64,000 nt of DNA, taken from the NCBI GenBank assembly GCA_964016885.1, contig OZ024756.1:7874001-7938000 (forward strand), written 5' to 3'. A model generated the notes under the pieces. It was not told the origin of the DNA, ran no database searches, and saw only the letters and a list, made by a program, of their open reading frames with translations. Shown here piece after piece: positions 60,901-64,000 of the stretch (its first letter is position 1; each line of letters opens with the position of its first letter). Position numbers and translations under genes: made by a program. Source of the DNA: Eledone cirrhosa (taxonomy: Eukaryota).

Positions 60901-63900
60901 TCATCTAATCTATGGTCTTACTGTATATATCTCATCTTCTACATTATCTAATCTATAGTCTTACTATATCACACAATCTACATTATCTAATCTAGATATC
61001 TTACTATATATATCACACTCTCTACATTATCTAATCTATAGTTTTACTATATCGCACCCTCTACATTATCTAATCTATAGTCTTACTATATCACACTCTC
61101 TACATTATCTAATCTATAGTCTTACTACATATATCACACTCTCTACATTATCTATTCTATAGTCTTACTATATATATATCACCCTCTACATTATCTAATC
61201 TATAGTCTTACTATATATATCACACTCTCTACATTATCTAATCTATAGTGTTACTACATATATCACACTCTCTACATTATCTAATCTATAATCTTACTAT
61301 ATATATCTCACTCTCTACATTATCTAATCTATAGTTTTATTATATCGCACTCTCTACATTATCTAATCTGTAGTCTTACTATATATATCACACTCTCTAC
61401 ATTATCTATTCTATAGTCTTACTCTATATATCACACTCTCTACATTATCTAATCGATAGTCTTACTATATATATCACCTTCTACATTACCTAATCTATAG
61501 TCTTACTATATATATCACACTCTCTACATTATCTAATCTATAGTGTTACTACATATATCACACCCTCTACAATATCTAATATATAATCTTACTATATCAC
61601 ACTCTCTACATTATCTAATCTATATTCTTACTACATATATCACACTCTCTACATTATTTATTCTATAGTCTTACAATATCACACTCTGTACATTATCTAA
61701 TCTATAGTCTTACTATATCACACTCTCTACATTGTCTAATCTATAGTCTTACTATATGACACTCTCTACATTATCTAATCTATAGTCTTACTATATCTCA
61801 CTCTCTACATTATCTATTCTATAGTCTTACTATATCACAGTCTCTACATTATCTAATCTATAGTCTTACTATATCACACTCTCTACATTACCTAATCTAG
61901 ATGTCTTACTATATATATATCACACTCTCTACATTATCTAACCTATAGAATTACTATATATATCACACTCTCTACATTATCTAATCTATAGTTTTAATAT
62001 ATCGTACTCTCTACATTATCTAATCTATAGTCTTCTTATATATATCTCACCCTCTACATTATCTAATCTATAGTCTTACTATATCACACTCTTTACATTA
62101 TCTAATCTATAGTCTTACTATATATATCACACTCTCTACATTATCTAATCTATAGTCTTACTATATATATCCCACTCTCTTCATTATCTAATCTATAGTC
62201 TTACTATATCGCACTCTCTACAATATCTAATCTATAATCTTACTATATCACACTCTCTACATTATCTAATCTATATTCTTACTACATATATCACACTCTC
62301 TACATTATCGAACTTATAATCTTACTATATATATCTCACTCTCTACATTAACTAATCTATAGTATTACTATATCACACACTCTACATTATTTATTCTATA
62401 GTCTTACTATATCACACTCTGTACATTATCTAATCTATAGTCTTACCATATCGCACTCTCTACATTGTCTAATCTATAGTCTTACTATATGACACTCTCT
62501 ACATTATCTAATCTATAGTCTTACTATATCTCACTCTCTAATTTATCTAATCTATAGTCTTACTATATCACAGTCTCTCCATTATCTAATCTATAGTCTT
62601 ACTATATATATCACACTCTCTACATTATATAATCTATAGCCTTACTTTATCACACTCGCTACATTATCTAATCTAGATGTCTTACTATATATATCACACT
62701 CTCTACATTATCTAATCTATAGAGTTACTATATATATCACACTCTCTACATTATCTAATCTATAGTTTTACTATATCGCACTCTCTACATTATCTAATCT
62801 ATAGTCTTACTATATCACATTCTCTACATTATCTAATCTATACCCTTACTATATATATCACACTCTCTACATTATCTATTCTATAGTCTTACTATATATA
62901 TCACACTCTCTACATTATCTAATCTATAGTCTTACTATATATATCACCCTCTACATTATCTAATCTATAGTCTTACTATATATATCACACTCTCTACATT
63001 ATCTAATCTATAGTGTTGCTACATATATCACACTCTTTACAATATCTAATATATAGTCTTACTATATCACACTCTCTACATTATCTAATCTATATTCTTA
63101 CTACATATATCACACTCTCTACATTATCGAACTTATAATCTTACTATATATATCTCACTCTCTACATTATCTAATCTATAGTATTACTATATCACACTCT
63201 CTACATTATTTATTCTATAGTCTTACTATATCACACTCTGTACATTATCTAATCTATAGTCTTACCATATCGCACTCTCTACATTGTCTAATCTATAGTC
63301 TTACTATATGACACTCTCTACATTATCTAATCTATAGTCTTACTAAATCTCACTCTCTACATTATCTAATCTATAATTTACTATATCACAGTCTCTACTT
63401 TATCTAATCTATAGTCTTACTATATATATCACATTCTCTACATTATCTAATCTATAGTCTTACTATATCACACTCTCTACATTATCTAATCTATAGTCTT
63501 ACTATATCTCACTCTCTACATTATCTAAACTATAGTCTTACTATATCACAGTCTCTACATTATCTAATCTATTGTCTTACTATATATATCACACTCTCTA
63601 CATTATCTACTCTATAGTCTTACTATATATATATCACACTCTCTACATTATCTGATCGATAGTCTTACTATATATATCACCCTCTACATTATCTAATCTA
63701 TAGTCTTACTATATATATCACAATCTCTACATTATCTAATCTATAGTGTTACTACATATATCACACCCTCTACAATATCTAATCTATAATCTTACTATAT
63801 CACACTCTCTACATTATCTAATCTATATTCTTACTACATATATCACACTCTCTACATTATCGAACTTATAATCTTACTATATATATCTCACTCTCTACAT

Positions 63901-64000
63901 TATCTAATCTATAGTATTACTATATCACACTCTCTACATTATTTATTCTATAGTCTTACTATATCACACTCTGTACATTATCTAATCTATAGGCTTACTA
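57915..64000. repeat. Second higher-order repeat family with a ~3.7-kb period, assembled from rearranged pieces of the 3,520-bp unit and truncated by the window end
   Basis: CCTATAGAATTAC occurs at 58221 and 61942 (offset 3,721). CTGATCGATAG occurs at ~60216 and ~63652, implying an internal deletion. The segment 60720-61650 matches the last part of the 3,520-bp unit. Confidence 0.75.

Larger units (their letters stand above)
1..64000. repeat. Satellite DNA array with a 39-bp monomer (43- and 45-bp TA-expanded variants), roughly 1,500 copies
   Basis: TAGTAAGACTATAGATTAGATAATGTAGAGAGTGTGATA or its reverse complement repeats continuously across the window. The consensus is 16A/12T/10G/1C (28% GC) with no CpG. 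The array runs off both ends of the window. Confidence 0.99.
33966..64000. repeat. Unidirectional satellite domain (C-rich strand on +), about 30 kb
   Basis: After the junction GTAAGATTACAG|TATCTAATATATAG at ~33,965, only TATCACACTCTCTACATTATCTAATCTATAGTCTTACTA-type monomers are seen. No inserts or inversions were found. Confidence 0.95.

Noticed and set aside
1-64000. CRISPR array (repeat length 39-43 bp)
   Set aside because: There are no unique spacers, monomers abut directly, and there are no cas genes or leader. A SINE-like insert indicates eukaryotic DNA.
1-64000. Telomeric repeat (TTAGA resembles TTAGG/TTAGGG)
   Set aside because: It occurs once per complex monomer with no tandem telomere motif, and the frequent strand inversions are unlike a telomere tract.

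Overview
This window is almost entirely one AT-rich eukaryotic satellite array of roughly 1,500 monomers. The consensus is TAGTAAGACTATAGATTAGATAATGTAGAGAGTGTGATA (39 bp), with 43- and 45-bp variants that carry extra TA units. There are no credible genes; the listed ORFs are translations of the 39-mer. The array has two domains. In 1-~33,965 the monomer orientation flips about 39 times (counted by eye), mostly at two stereotyped junction sequences, giving a chain of kb-scale imperfect inverted repeats. It also contains tandem duplications of 3,830, ~3,033 and ~6,900 bp. From ~33,966 to 64,000 the array is unidirectional, with an ordered variant cassette and a 3 x 3,520-bp higher-order repeat. 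The only non-satellite DNA is a 185/186-bp tRNA-derived SINE-like insert on the minus strand, present 4 times at the same monomer position with an apparent ~20-bp target-site duplication. From memory it resembles Octopus SINEs; this is not verified by a search. All coordinates were read by eye, and junction and duplication ends are approximate.
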